A stretch of 64,000 nucleotides of DNA, taken from positions 1 to 64,000 of the forward strand of contig CAVPBK010000003.1 in the NCBI GenBank assembly GCA_963701855.1. Reading direction: 5' to 3'. Numbering within the stretch: the stretch's first letter is position 1; each line of letters starts with the position of its first letter. Under the pieces are notes generated by a model, which worked only from the letters and a program-made list of their open reading frames with translations, was not told where the DNA came from and made no database searches. The translations under genes were made by a program, and so were the position numbers. The stretch is from Nitrospirota bacterium (GTDB lineage: Bacteria; Nitrospirota; Nitrospiria; Nitrospirales; Nitrospiraceae). This document shows positions 1 to 10,872 of the stretch, piece by piece.

Positions 1-506
1 GTCCACCGATAAGCCTTCCCACAGGTAACAGTTGCCGCCAGATCGCGCCCAACGATACTCGGAGCTGCCTGTGCCTTCTCAACGGCCCGCCGTGGATCCT
101 CGTCGACATGAGTGATAAGGCCCTGCTGCGAACCATGTTCGCGCAAGTGGCGGGTCAGAGCCCTCGTATCCAAGCCTTCGATGCCGACGATCTTCGCCTC
201 ATGCATATAATCGTGTAACTGCTGCCGACTGCGCCAGTTACTGGCGAGTCGGCTTGCCTCTTTCACAATGAATCCTTCAGCCCAAACCCGCCGTGACTCG
301 GCATCCTCCGTTGTCATCCCATAGTTTCCGATATGGGGAGAGGTCATCGTGATGATTTGCCCCTTATATGAAGGATCGGTCAAGACCTCCTGATAGCCGG
401 TCATGGCCGTATTAAACACGACTTCTCCCACCGTCTCCCCTTCGTATCCAAGGGCACGACCCTCGAAAATTGTGCCATCTGCCAGTGCCAACAATGCCGT
501 TTTCAC
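1..506 (-). CDS. carA: Carbamoyl-phosphate synthase small subunit (partial, runs off the window start)
   Basis: Manual translation from GTG at 506: MKTALLALADGTIFEGRALGYEGETVGEVVFNTAMTGYQEVLTDPSYKGQI, the canonical CarA N-terminus. GGAG RBS upstream; lies in the pyr operon. Confidence 0.95.
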   Translation of the reverse strand, partial: MKTALLALADGTIFEGRALGYEGETVGEVVFNTAMTGYQEVLTDPSYKGQIITMTSPHIGNYGMTTEDAESRRVWAEGFIVKEASRLASNWRSRQQLHDYMHEAKIVGIEGLDTRALTRHLREHGSQQGLITHVDEDPRRAVEKAQAAPSIVGRDLAATVTCGKAYRW

Positions 507-1022
507 GAAAAGACTCCGTCCCTTAAGGGACCGTTTCGCCTTGATACCGACCAAGAGAATGCCCAGTACAAGGTCAACCATGTAGATCCAGCGGATTGGC
601 TTCAGCATACGAAACAAGGCTTCGAAGGCCGCCTTCTTCGCCGCCTCCTCTTGCACTGCGAAGGCCTGAGTTTGAAGCGCCGCAGCAGAGGGATGCAGCC
701 ACACAATAATGATGCCTGTGATCACTAGCATCCCGGCCAACACCATCATCTCGCCCCGACCGACGCCGACCACCGGATTTCCACTCCACCAGCGATACCA
801 CAATGCGGCACCCATGATCGCCAGCGCTCCGACCATAAAGCGATGATAGCCCTCAAACGCCTTCGTCAGAAACAGTCCGCCTGAGTCCTGCCCGCCGAAC
901 GTATTGAAGACCGCAGGAATGACCGCTCCAATGAGCACCAGTCCGCCGCCAACCCAAACTCCCAGTGCCAGCCATTCAAGCGTGAGGCAACCGATCATCC
1001 CCCAACGGGACAGACGTAGCAC
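507..1022 (-). CDS. Four-TM membrane protein, DUF4149-like; no stop codon before carA in this sequence
   Basis: Manual translation from GTG at 1022: MLRLSRWGMIGCLTLEWLALGVWVGGGLVLIGAVIPAVFNTFGGQDSGGLFLTKAFEGYHRF..., with several hydrophobic helices. Absent from the ORF track because it reads in frame into carA. Confidence 0.7.
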
Positions 1023-1026
1023 AGTG

Positions 1027-2331
1027 CTATGACTCTTCCCGACCGGCCTCGAATACGACCCGGCCACCCACGATCGTCATCGTAACCCGGCCCTTCACCT
1101 TCCATCCGGCAAACGGGGTATTCCGGCTCTTTGAGCGAAACTTGGCTGGATCGACCTCCCACTGTTCCTGCTGATCGACGATCGCCACATCGGCATCGGC
1201 ACCGACCGCCAGCGTGCCTTTGGCTAATCCAAATGCCTTCGCCGGAGCCGTGCTCAACTTATCGACAGCCGACTCCAACGATATGACCCCTTCATCGACC
1301 AGCGCAAGGGTTAATGGCAGCGCAGTCTCCAGTCCGACGATCCCGAACGGCGCTTCGGTAAATCCCAGCTGTTTTTCCTGGGAAGCATGCGGAGCATGAT
1401 CCGTCGCAATGACATCGATCGTGCCGTCGCGAAGACCTTCCTTGATCGCTTGCACATCCTTCCATGTCCGAAGCGGAGGATTCATTTTGGCATAGGTATT
1501 ATAGCCTCGGACGGTTTCTTCCGTAATCGTAAAGTGATGGGGACAAGCTTCGGCTGTGACTTTCAGCCCGCGTGACTTGGCCTCCCGCACCATCCGAACC
1601 GATCCCTCGGTGCTGATATGGGCCAGGTGCAGCCGAGCCCCGGTCAGTTCCGCCAAGGCAACATTACGCGCCACCATCACATCTTCCGCTGCTGCCGGCA
1701 TCCCGGGGAGCCCCAACTCGGTCGAGACGGCCCCTTCGTTCATACAGCCCCCCTCGGCAAGATGCAGATCTTCGCAATGATCAACTACCGGCACGTCGAA
1801 GGCCAAGGCATACTCCATCGCTCGGCGCATGACCAGGCTATTCATCACCGGCTTTCCGTCATCCGAAATCGCCACACAGCCTGCACGCCGCAAATCGCCA
1901 ATCTCCGCCAGCTCTTTCCCTTCCGAACCTTTCGTAATCGCACCGATCGGAAACACATTCGCCAGCCCAGCAGCCCTTGCGCGATCGAGCATAAACTCCG
2001 TAATCGCTTGGTTGTCATTGACAGGATTCGTATTGGGCATACAACAGACCGAGGTGAAGCCGCCGGCCACCGCCGCCGCCGCTCCGCTCTGGATCGACTC
2101 TTTGTATTCAAAGCCCGGTTCACGAAAATGAACGTGGAGATCGACAAAACCGGGAAGAACTAATCGTCCCCTGGCATCGATTTTCGTGGCTCCTGCGGGA
2201 ACCTTGAGGTGAGGCCCCACCGCGACCACTCGACCTTCATCGATCAGCACGTCGGCCACGCCGTTGAACCGCCCAGGATTGATCACGTGCCCGCCTGCAA
2301 TAAGAATAGGCTGATTGGACGATGGCTTCAT
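1027..2331 (-). CDS. pyrC: Dihydroorotase
   Basis: DLHVHFREPG, MPNT, CPHHF, KMNPPLR and ATDHAPH motifs. Confidence 0.97.
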   Translation of the reverse strand: MKPSSNQPILIAGGHVINPGRFNGVADVLIDEGRVVAVGPHLKVPAGATKIDARGRLVLPGFVDLHVHFREPGFEYKESIQSGAAAAVAGGFTSVCCMPNTNPVNDNQAITEFMLDRARAAGLANVFPIGAITKGSEGKELAEIGDLRRAGCVAISDDGKPVMNSLVMRRAMEYALAFDVPVVDHCEDLHLAEGGCMNEGAVSTELGLPGMPAAAEDVMVARNVALAELTGARLHLAHISTEGSVRMVREAKSRGLKVTAEACPHHFTITEETVRGYNTYAKMNPPLRTWKDVQAIKEGLRDGTIDVIATDHAPHASQEKQLGFTEAPFGIVGLETALPLTLALVDEGVISLESAVDKLSTAPAKAFGLAKGTLAVGADADVAIVDQQEQWEVDPAKFRSKSRNTPFAGWKVKGRVTMTIVGGRVVFEAGREES

Positions 2332-2370
2332 AGGTTCGCTGCTTCCTTCAATGATTCAATGCGTGTCACG

Positions 2371-2526
2371 ACTCAGGGGTTCAGGCTGAAGGCTATACAT
2401 TATCTCGCAGAGCACGAATCAAGCCATTCAAAACCTTCTCAGTTTCTACGACCTTGGGTTCAAGTAACGATACGTCTTCGTTGCGCAGGAAACCCGACCC
2501 CTAAACACCTTCAGCCTATCGACCTG
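2371..2526. repeat. Intergenic palindromic repeat, family B (actcagg..caggctgaag...cttcagcct..acctg), MITE/REP-like
   Basis: Terminal inverted repeats. The first ~95 bp closely match the reverse complement of ~51676-51769; shorter relatives at ~4373, 10003 and 58524. Confidence 0.75.
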
Positions 2527-2538
2527 CCTCATGATCAT

Positions 2539-3459
2539 TCAATTGCTGCCCGACATGAGATAGAGAATCCCCATGCGAACCGCCACACCGTTCGCGACCT
2601 GCTCTAGAATTACCGACGACAAACTATCGGCCACCTCCGGAGCGATCTCGACCCCGCGGTTGATCGGACCCGGATGCATCACAATCGCCCCAGGATCGGC
2701 CAGTTCGACCCGCTCGGTCGTCAACCCATACAGCCGCGCATATTCTCGAATGGTCGGAAATAGCGCAATCCCCTGCCGTTCGAGCTGCAATCGCAACATC
2801 ATGATGACCTGCACGCCGCGCAACGCCTCGTCGAAATCATAGTAGACGCGCACGCCCAATTTCTCTACGCCACAGGGCATCATCGTCGGCGGCCCTACCA
2901 GTCGAACCTCTGCTCCCAACTTCACGAGCGCGTGAATGTTCGAACGCGCGACACGGCTATGGGCGACATCCCCGACGATCGCCACCCGCAGCCCCTCGAA
3001 CGACAACCCACGCTCGCGAATCGTATACAGATCCAAGAGTGCTTGCGTCGGATGCTCATGCCACCCATCTCCAGCATTGATCACGGAAGACTTCACACCG
3101 CGGGCCAGGGACTCTGCGGCACCGGCAGAGGGGTGACGCAAGACGATAATATCCGCCTGCATCGCCTCGATATTACGCGCAGTGTCGAGTAACGTTTCCC
3201 CTTTCACGATGCTGCTCGACGACGGTGAGAAATTGATCACATCAGCACTCAGCCGTTTCGCCGCCAACTCAAACGAGGTACGAGTCCTGGTACTGGGCTC
3301 AAAGAACAGATTCACCACGGTACGACCACGGAGAGCCGGAACTTTCTTGATTTCCCGGCCGGTCACTTCCTTGAACGAATCGGCCGTTTCTAAAATCAAT
3401 CGGATCTCATCCACCGACAGAGGGGCGAGGCTTAAGAGGTCTTTGCGTTTGAGACTCAT
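2539..3459 (-). CDS. pyrB: Aspartate carbamoyltransferase catalytic subunit
   Basis: [20 protein letters not shown] and MHPGPINRG motifs. Confidence 0.97.
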   Translation of the reverse strand: MSLKRKDLLSLAPLSVDEIRLILETADSFKEVTGREIKKVPALRGRTVVNLFFEPSTRTRTSFELAAKRLSADVINFSPSSSSIVKGETLLDTARNIEAMQADIIVLRHPSAGAAESLARGVKSSVINAGDGWHEHPTQALLDLYTIRERGLSFEGLRVAIVGDVAHSRVARSNIHALVKLGAEVRLVGPPTMMPCGVEKLGVRVYYDFDEALRGVQVIMMLRLQLERQGIALFPTIREYARLYGLTTERVELADPGAIVMHPGPINRGVEIAPEVADSLSSVILEQVANGVAVRMGILYLMSGSN

Positions 3460-3472
3460 CGTTCCCTCCTCC

Positions 3473-4030
<558 letters not shown>

Positions 4031-4070
4031 TCATCCGCAACGCACCACATTGCAAACGTTTCACATTAAG

Positions 4071-4195
4071 CAGGATGCTCAAAAAGGCTGTCCGGCAAGG
4101 CCACAGGCGAATCGAAACCGGCGGCGTACCCTCAGGGGTACGTTGAGGATTTCGATGAACCGAAACCGCCGCTGGCGGACTTTTTCAGCATCCTG
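4071..4195. repeat. Intergenic palindromic repeat, family A (caggatgctcaaaaa...tttttcagcatcctg)
   Basis: ~16-bp terminal inverted repeat; internal similarity to 8818-8939. Confidence 0.8.
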
Positions 4196-4206
4196 GGGGC
4201 TGGCAT

Positions 4207-4242
4207 AAAAAAACCCTCCCATCGATATCCGACGAGAAGGTT
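4207..4242 (-). terminator. Attenuator terminator of the pyr leader
   Basis: Minus strand aaccttctcgtcg-gata-tcgatgggagggtt followed by a T-run, downstream of the PyrR site. Confidence 0.7.
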
Positions 4243-4287
4243 GAGGTATGCCTGCAGACACAAACCTGATTGAAACTCATGGCCACT

Positions 4288-4319
4288 CCTTGCTCACCTC
4301 GCAGGATGAGCATTAAAGG
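4288..4319 (-). promoter_or_regulatory. PyrR-binding RNA stem-loop
   Basis: Minus strand CCUUUAAUGCUCAUCCUGCGAGGUGAGCAAGG contains the UUUAA element and the UCCNGNGAGG loop of PyrR sites; lies upstream of pyrR. Confidence 0.85.
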
Positions 4320-4483
4320 CTTCTGCATCTTACGGAAGCAGGAGGAATGCTGTCAAGCTACAAGACAGCCTACTCAGGTGTTCAGGCTGAAGGCTGAAGT
4401 GTTCGGAACTTCGAACCTATAACTTCCCTGCCCGTTTCGCTTGAGTGTGGACGATCGGAGTGACGCCATCCCCTGCGAAGGAC

Positions 4484-5179
4484 TCACCCGCGCGGTGTGA
4501 GTTCTTCTAATGTGAACTGCTTGGGCAGCATCACCGGCACCACAATGCCGATGGGATCACCACGTTTGATCGTCGTCGGCTTGGTAAGGTGCAATAGAAA
4601 GTTGGCGGTGAACGCGTCGTAGTCCGGAAGCCAGTCGTACATATTTGGCGTGCGTTTATACTCTTGGGTCTTCATCCCCTCCCACACAAAAAAAGTCCGA
4701 TCGGGGTAATGGTAAAAGTGGTTCGGCACGTCCTTCATTATCAACCCCACCTGCTTGGGATAGTAGAAGCGAATACCACAGCAGAGCTTGGGGTACCCGC
4801 TGTTTAAGATCAAATCGACATAGGTCCCTGAAAACGACTTGTAGCCAAGAATCCGCTCTTCCGGCAGGATCGGCGGGGCTTGCCATTTGATCCCATCGGC
4901 CGTTCGTCGAATTTTGCAGTCCGCCGGAGACCGAATGAGCCAGCCGTACTGGCCCACTGTTCGCACCGGTCCACAGTCGTCGGGGATCACTTTGTAGCCC
5001 TCGACCGCCACCGTCCGTTGCTCATCCAGCGACATCCCGGACAATAACGGCCGATGCGGTGTGAAGTCGAGCTTCAACCGCTCCGGCGCAATGGCCGTCG
5101 AATACTCCCGTTCCCAATAGACGATGACCTTGTCGTCAGGCTCCTCGCCGGCAATCTGTTCTGGAGTCGCGTCACTCAT
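4484..5179 (-). CDS. Hypothetical protein, possibly DUF6065/dUTPase-like fold (left copy)
   Basis: 231-aa ORF identical to 63215-63910; GWLIRSPAD and IKRGDPIGIVVPV segments. Confidence 0.6.
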   Translation of the reverse strand: MSDATPEQIAGEEPDDKVIVYWEREYSTAIAPERLKLDFTPHRPLLSGMSLDEQRTVAVEGYKVIPDDCGPVRTVGQYGWLIRSPADCKIRRTADGIKWQAPPILPEERILGYKSFSGTYVDLILNSGYPKLCCGIRFYYPKQVGLIMKDVPNHFYHYPDRTFFVWEGMKTQEYKRTPNMYDWLPDYDAFTANFLLHLTKPTTIKRGDPIGIVVPVMLPKQFTLEELTPRG

Positions 5180-5221
5180 CTCGCCAACCGTAGTTCATCT
5201 GGAATACCCGGTGCAAGCACG

Positions 5222-7006
5222 TTAGATCCTTTTGAAATAAAATAGTGTCAGCCCTGCCCTCAGCTTCGCTTTCGGCAGAATGGTGCGATGCATTCGAAAT
5301 GTGGGAAGCTGTTCGACCGGTTCTTCCCAGCAGATGCGGAGTCCGTGGGATGTGCCACACTGACCCAACTGGGCTGGGCCGATGACGAACGCAGTGCCTC
5401 CTCCCCGAAGCATCAGGCTGATCCCCTTCATGCGTTCGGCTAGGCTCGCCGGTAGATCTCTGCTGTCATAAGGCGCCCAGTGATAGACCACGTCATAGGA
5501 GTGCGGCGCTTCCTGATCGGACAGCCCTTCGTCCGGCACGAATCGAATTCGCGAGAGCCAATCCCACCGCTGAATCTCGGCACAGATGTTCCAGAGTCGT
5601 TGCGCCTGTTTTTGTGCAACGGCTGGACACCGTACCAGCACGGTATAGTCTCTCGGCCGATCGAACGTGATGCAGGTCGCCACCACGGCATCGCCATTGT
5701 CAATGAGCACGCGCTGGGCCCGCGAAAGGACCGAACCGATTTCTCGGTCCTGCTCGCCAAGATCCTCCAGATAATCGGCCACGAACGGTTGCGCCGAACA
5801 CTCACCGATTTCAGATTCGTCTTCCGGATAGAGCAACGTCGCTCCGTAGGCCTCGGCTGGAGGGATCGCCGGAACGCCCTGGACAAAAACCGACCGCCAG
5901 TCAACTGGGCTCATGGCCACCAACTCACCAGACTGTTCCAGGCTCCCTGGCGGCAGGGTCACAGCCAACGTCATCTCACGATCACGATCCTTCAGAATGA
6001 CATGCGCTCCGACTATCTTTGCACTGCGATCGTAGGGGACAAATCGACGGCCTTTCTGGCTCAGATAGGACAGCCCGGATGAGTCTGACGCCACCGTCAC
6101 CTTGTGCAACAAGCCACCGTGGAAGGTCAGGCAAGCCTCCGAGTGTTGATCGAAGTATCGAATCGGCGGCGTTGCAATCGGTAGCCAAATTACTTGATTG
6201 GACCGTTCCGGACTCATGAAGACCGTGAAGGGATCATTTCCCTCAGGCGCTTGCGGGGTAAAGAAGCTACTAAACAAACGGAAGGCGGCTTCGGATGGAT
6301 AGGTGGGAATACCTCGGTATCGCAAAGGTTGCGGAGTCGGTTTTCCCTCATTCTGATCGTCGTAGAGTCCGCGAATCAATTCAAAGACCGCAGACCCGGT
6401 TCCCGGTAACAGCGACTGAAAAAGTTCGACCACCGGCAGGAAATCGATAGAAGACCAATTCATCGCCCCCATGCAGGACATGAAGCAGGCCCGCTCGAAG
6501 TTCCCGTCCTCCAGCACATAGAAGGCGTCTTTCCTCTGGCGGATTGTCGCGTTGCCGGCCGACTCGATCAGGAGATCCTCATCCCGATAAAACCATCGCA
6601 CTTCCTCGAGCGGAACCCGAAGCGCCTGAGCCGCTATCATCCGTAAATCGTCGGCCTTGAGCCGTTGCCAACCAGGTTTCCTGGCGAGATTGAGGCTGGT
6701 TTCATTCACCAAACCAGCCGGCTTCAACCCGACCCATTGCCCCCAATCCAATCGTATCCGCGCACGGAGGAGGGCCACATTGCCTGTGGCATCAGTCCCC
6801 CACTCGCATTCGTGCAACGGGTTTCCTGCTGGATCGGTTGCAAGAAACCGGCGACCGTCCGCGCGATAGAAGACGAGATGCCCTGTTGACTGTTCGACGC
6901 AACGGCCGCCAGCTGCGGCAAGATCGCGAGCAAATACATGATTTCCGGAGAAGCTAATGTTACCGGGGTTGGCGAGCGCTGAGGGATTCACAAGAAATGA
7001 TCTCAA
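5222..7006 (-). CDS. Hypothetical protein, 594 aa (left copy)
   Basis: Long ORF nearly identical to 61388-63172; no motif recognised. Confidence 0.75.
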   Translation of the reverse strand: MRSFLVNPSALANPGNISFSGNHVFARDLAAAGGRCVEQSTGHLVFYRADGRRFLATDPAGNPLHECEWGTDATGNVALLRARIRLDWGQWVGLKPAGLVNETSLNLARKPGWQRLKADDLRMIAAQALRVPLEEVRWFYRDEDLLIESAGNATIRQRKDAFYVLEDGNFERACFMSCMGAMNWSSIDFLPVVELFQSLLPGTGSAVFELIRGLYDDQNEGKPTPQPLRYRGIPTYPSEAAFRLFSSFFTPQAPEGNDPFTVFMSPERSNQVIWLPIATPPIRYFDQHSEACLTFHGGLLHKVTVASDSSGLSYLSQKGRRFVPYDRSAKIVGAHVILKDRDREMTLAVTLPPGSLEQSGELVAMSPVDWRSVFVQGVPAIPPAEAYGATLLYPEDESEIGECSAQPFVADYLEDLGEQDREIGSVLSRAQRVLIDNGDAVVATCITFDRPRDYTVLVRCPAVAQKQAQRLWNICAEIQRWDWLSRIRFVPDEGLSDQEAPHSYDVVYHWAPYDSRDLPASLAERMKGISLMLRGGGTAFVIGPAQLGQCGTSHGLRICWEEPVEQLPTFRMHRTILPKAKLRAGLTLFYFKRI

Positions 7007-7015
7007 TTATGCTGC

Positions 7016-7210
7016 GGGCTGCTCAAACAAGCCGGCCAACGAGGCCACAAGGAGAGAGAACCCCGAAGAGGTACATACCAAGCTTCGCTTGACCCGCTCG
7101 CTTCGATCAAATGCGGGCGGATAGTCACTTTGCCTCAAGTATCCTTACATCGGTACGTTGAGGGGTTCGAACGACTGAGAACGAAGTTGGGAGCCTGTTT
7201 CAGCAGCCTG
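7016..7210. repeat. Family A-related palindromic repeat (gctgctcaaaca...tgtttcagcagc) next to the proA stop
   Basis: Terminal inverted repeat; shares the internal gtacgttgagg motif with 4071-4195. Confidence 0.65.
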
Positions 7211-7211
7211 A

Positions 7212-8546
7212 TTACTCGCGGACTTGCCCGCTCCCCATGACGATAAACTTGAAGCAGGTCAATTCTTCCAGCCCCATCGGACCGCGGGCATGGATGCGGG
7301 ACGTGCTGATCCCGATTTCTGCCCCAAGCCCGAACTGATAGCCATCGTTCAACCTGGTCGAGGCGTTTACCAATACCGCGCCGGCATCGACCTCCCGCAG
7401 AAACCGCATGGCTTTCGGATAGTCGGAGGTCACGATGGCTTCCGTGTGGCGTGATCCATACTTGGCAATATGCTCCATCGCCTCATCGACGTGCTTGACT
7501 ACTTTCACTGCTACGGTGAGATCGAGGAATTCTTTTCCGAAATCCTCGTCGCTCGCGGGCTTGGCCGAGGATGACAGCTGACAGGTTTTCTGGCAGCCGC
7601 GGACCTCGACCCCGGCCGCCGCCAATTTCTCAATGAATGGGGCAAGCCAATGACGCGCAATGCCTTGATGCACTAGGAGCGTCTCCATCGCATTACAAGT
7701 CGACGGCCGCTGCACCTTGGCATTGAAACAGATTCGCTCCGCCATAACTGGATCGGCATCGACATCGACATAGATGTGACAGACGCCGGCATCGTGCCTG
7801 ACGACGGGGATCGTGGCATGTTCGGTGACGACGCGCATCAGCGATTCTCCGCCGCGCGGGATAATCAGGTCGATGTAACGATCTTGCTTCAGCAGTAGAG
7901 GAACCAGCTCACGATCTGGCCTGGCGACAAAACTGATCGCTCCGGCTGGGACACCGGCTTTCTCTGCCGCCTCCGACAGAACCGTCGCAATCGCTGTATT
8001 CGAATGGATCGCCTCGCTTCCTCCCCGCAGTACGCAGGCGTTTCCGGATTTCAAACAAAGCGCGGCGGAATCCGCCGTAACGTTCGGGCGGGATTCATAC
8101 ACAATGCCAATAACACCGATTGGAACCCGCACGCGTCCCACCTGCATCCCGTTCGGCCTGGTCCACATCTTCGGCATCTCCCCAAGTGGATCGGGGAGGG
8201 CAGCCACCTCACGCAGGCCTGCCGCCATTTCGACGATCCTCTTGGCCGTCAGACGCAGCCGATCTGCCATCGCCTTCTTTTCCGGCGCAGTCCCGAAGGC
8301 TTCCAGATCCAGTTCGTTCGCAACCAACAGCGCATCCTTCTGCGCTTCCAGCGCCTCCGCCATCGCGAGAAGGGCCCGGTTCTTGATCGCGCTCGAAAGC
8401 GTAGCCAGTCGGCCTGCGGCCCCTTTGGCTCGCATGACCAATTCAGCGACATATTCTGGAAGCGGTATGGGCGCAACCACTTCCACGCCAACCGATTCGA
8501 TGGGCTCGACTGACGCTTCCGCCTGGTTATTTCGGTCAGATAGCAT
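7212..8546 (-). CDS. proA: Gamma-glutamyl phosphate reductase (left copy)
   Basis: YESRPNVT, IPRGG, CNAMETLLVH, VNASTR and HARGPMGL motifs. Confidence 0.97.
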   Translation of the reverse strand: MLSDRNNQAEASVEPIESVGVEVVAPIPLPEYVAELVMRAKGAAGRLATLSSAIKNRALLAMAEALEAQKDALLVANELDLEAFGTAPEKKAMADRLRLTAKRIVEMAAGLREVAALPDPLGEMPKMWTRPNGMQVGRVRVPIGVIGIVYESRPNVTADSAALCLKSGNACVLRGGSEAIHSNTAIATVLSEAAEKAGVPAGAISFVARPDRELVPLLLKQDRYIDLIIPRGGESLMRVVTEHATIPVVRHDAGVCHIYVDVDADPVMAERICFNAKVQRPSTCNAMETLLVHQGIARHWLAPFIEKLAAAGVEVRGCQKTCQLSSSAKPASDEDFGKEFLDLTVAVKVVKHVDEAMEHIAKYGSRHTEAIVTSDYPKAMRFLREVDAGAVLVNASTRLNDGYQFGLGAEIGISTSRIHARGPMGLEELTCFKFIVMGSGQVRE

Positions 8547-8635
8547 ACAAACTCTTACCCCATGATGTTTGAACAGGATACAGCGGGAGTTTCAACGCGG
8601 TCAAGGCGGCTATTCGCAGGATTGCTACGCGAGAC

Positions 8636-8748
8636 AGGCGGGACAGGTCTATCTGGTTCATGTGGTTTGTCAGGTTCATCTGGTAAGTTTCGTTCAACCA
8701 AACACACGAGACAGACCACCAGATAGACCAAATGAACAAGACAGGCTG
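8636..8748. repeat. Degenerate ~9-nt tandem repeat (aaccagat/agaccagat type), family C; left arm only at this site
   Basis: tctatctggttcat..tggttt..ggttcatctgg..agaccaccagatagaccaaatgaac; similar tracts at ~10731, 12060, 56455 and 57742. Confidence 0.55.
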
Positions 8749-8817
8749 CAGAAAAAGCATTTCGGTACAGCAAAACATCAATGGCCTAGATGTCCTGGAC
8801 AAGAAGAGAAGACCATG

Positions 8818-8939
8818 CAGGATGCTCAAAAATGCAGTCCAGCAAGGCCGCAGCGAGCGAAGAGGCTCAGCGTACGCTTCGGTACGTTGAGCCTTTGAGC
8901 GCTACGAGAACACCGCTGGCGGCCTTTTTCAGCATCCTG
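8818..8939. repeat. Family A palindromic repeat abutting the stop codon of the UDP-glucuronate decarboxylase gene
   Basis: caggatgctcaaaaa...tttttcagcatcctg terminal inverted repeat. Confidence 0.8.
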
Positions 8940-9944
8940 CTAGATGACTTTTCTAAAGTATTCGATTGTGCGAAGAAGGGCATCTTCGAGCTGTACTTGA
9001 GGTTCCCATTTCAGGAGAGTACGCGCCCGACTGATGTCGGGCCGTCTGACTTTTGGATCATCGGCTGGCAGCGGGTGGTGGGTGATTTGGCTCGATGAAT
9101 GAGTGAGTTCCAATACCAATTTCGCGATCTCCAAGACAGTCAGCTCACGCGGATTCCCAATATTCACGGGGTCATGCATGCTGTATCCATCGGTATCTTT
9201 ATTTTGCGTGACGAGGAACTTGCGATCTGTCCGTTGTTCGACATTCTTGTCCGAGTCCAGCAGAAGCAATCCGGTAATACCGCTGACTAGGTCGTCAACA
9301 TAGCAAAAACTCCTGGTTTGAGATCCCTCGCCAAACACACTCAACGGTTTTCCCTGGAGCGCCTGGACGATGAACGTCGACACGACACGTCCGTCATTTG
9401 GCCGCATGCGTGGCCCGAATGTGTTGAAGATGCGCACAATCCTGGTATCGACCGCATGGTAGCGGTGGTAGGCCATCGTGAGGGCTTCTGCAAAACGCTT
9501 GGCCTCGTCGTATACGCCACGGGGGCTGAGAGGGTTGACGTTGCCCCAGTAAGATTCAGGCTGAGGGTTCACCAGTGGATCTCCATAGACCTCCGATGTG
9601 CTGGCCAAAAGGAACCTTGCGCCCTTGGCCTTGGCAAGTCCAAGGACTTTGTGCGTACCTAACGCACCGACCTTCAGCGTGGCAATAGGAAATTCAAGGT
9701 AGTCTTGCGGGCTCGCGGGTGATGCGAAATGCATGACCGCATCCAGTGGACCATCGACGTGCACATAGTCGCACACATTGTATTTGACAAAGGAAAATTG
9801 CTCGTGCCCGAGCAGATGGGCAATATTCTCAACGCGTCCGGTGAGGAGGTTGTCCATGCAGATTACTGAATGCCCGGCCTGCAGCAGTACCTCGGAGAGA
9901 TGACTCCCGAGAAACCCGGCTCCACCTGTAATAAGAATACGCAT
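8940..9944 (-). CDS. UDP-glucuronate decarboxylase (extended SDR) (left copy)
   Basis: [41 protein letters not shown] and [10 protein letters not shown] motifs. Confidence 0.92.
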   Translation of the reverse strand: MRILITGGAGFLGSHLSEVLLQAGHSVICMDNLLTGRVENIAHLLGHEQFSFVKYNVCDYVHVDGPLDAVMHFASPASPQDYLEFPIATLKVGALGTHKVLGLAKAKGARFLLASTSEVYGDPLVNPQPESYWGNVNPLSPRGVYDEAKRFAEALTMAYHRYHAVDTRIVRIFNTFGPRMRPNDGRVVSTFIVQALQGKPLSVFGEGSQTRSFCYVDDLVSGITGLLLLDSDKNVEQRTDRKFLVTQNKDTDGYSMHDPVNIGNPRELTVLEIAKLVLELTHSSSQITHHPLPADDPKVRRPDISRARTLLKWEPQVQLEDALLRTIEYFRKVI

Positions 9945-10002
9945 ACGATGATTCTTCTTTTACGCCCCTCTCATCGGGAATGCCATGAAATATAGCGCCT
10001 AG

Positions 10003-10049
10003 TCAGGTGTTCAGGCTGAAGACTAAAAGCCTTCAGCCTATCTACCTGA
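10003..10049. repeat. Short family B palindrome
   Basis: tcaggtgttcaggctgaag-actaaaagc-cttcagcctatctacctga. Confidence 0.65.
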
Positions 10050-10092
10050 GAGTTACGAAATATAACAGAATCGATGGGAAAGATGTCTAGGA

Positions 10093-10699
10093 TTAAGGAT
10101 TCAGGGGCGGCTGCCCCTGAGTTGGCTGGATAACTGGAGCACTTCCACCAGGAGTGATCGTCGATCCCGGCACCGGGGATACCCCGGAACTGGGCACAGT
10201 CCCTTGCGGCAAGATCGTACCCGATGAGGGACTTGGATGTTGGAAGACCCAATCACGATAGGTAGCGCGTCCCTCGAAATGCCGGACAGCTAAGAGGAAA
10301 ATCTTTCTGTCGAAATGGCCTTGCGCGGCTCTTGCTCCGGACCCCCATGATGCCGCCTGTCGGCGCCTGAAGATATTCCCATTCATCAGACCCCATTGGG
10401 TCAAGATAGACCTTGCGCAAGAAGGGTTTGGGTAATCTCGTGAGTTCAGCCAATGTCTGGGGGTAGACCTCTCCAGGCATCACGCGACCTGCCTTGATCG
10501 TCTCGGAATACAATGCGAGGGCATTCTGGATCTCGATCCCTTTGGCCAAAAGGTCCGCTTCACGCTCCCGTTGCACGATAACCTTCCATTGTTTCGCCGC
10601 AGCAGTCGTGGCAATACCGATGAGGACGATCACGAACATGAGCATGAGGTAGGTCACCCCTCGCTCATTGATGACACGTTGCTGGCGGCTGATGACCAT
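10093..10699 (-). pseudogene. Minor pseudopilin (GspK-like), frameshifted left copy
   Basis: Split across ORFs 10253-10825 and 10093-10404; indel near 10290 relative to the intact 57875-58480. Confidence 0.75.
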
Positions 10700-10872
10700 T
10701 GAGCCGTTGGCAGACTGTAAAGAACTATGTTGGTTTGTCTGGTTCATCTGTGCATCTGGTTTGTTTTGTTGCTTGACCCAGAGAAACCAAATAAACGAGA
10801 CAGACGAGATAGACCAAATGAACAAGACAGTGCTCGCGGACTTTTTCAGCCTCCTGCCTTCCCCCCCTTTAT

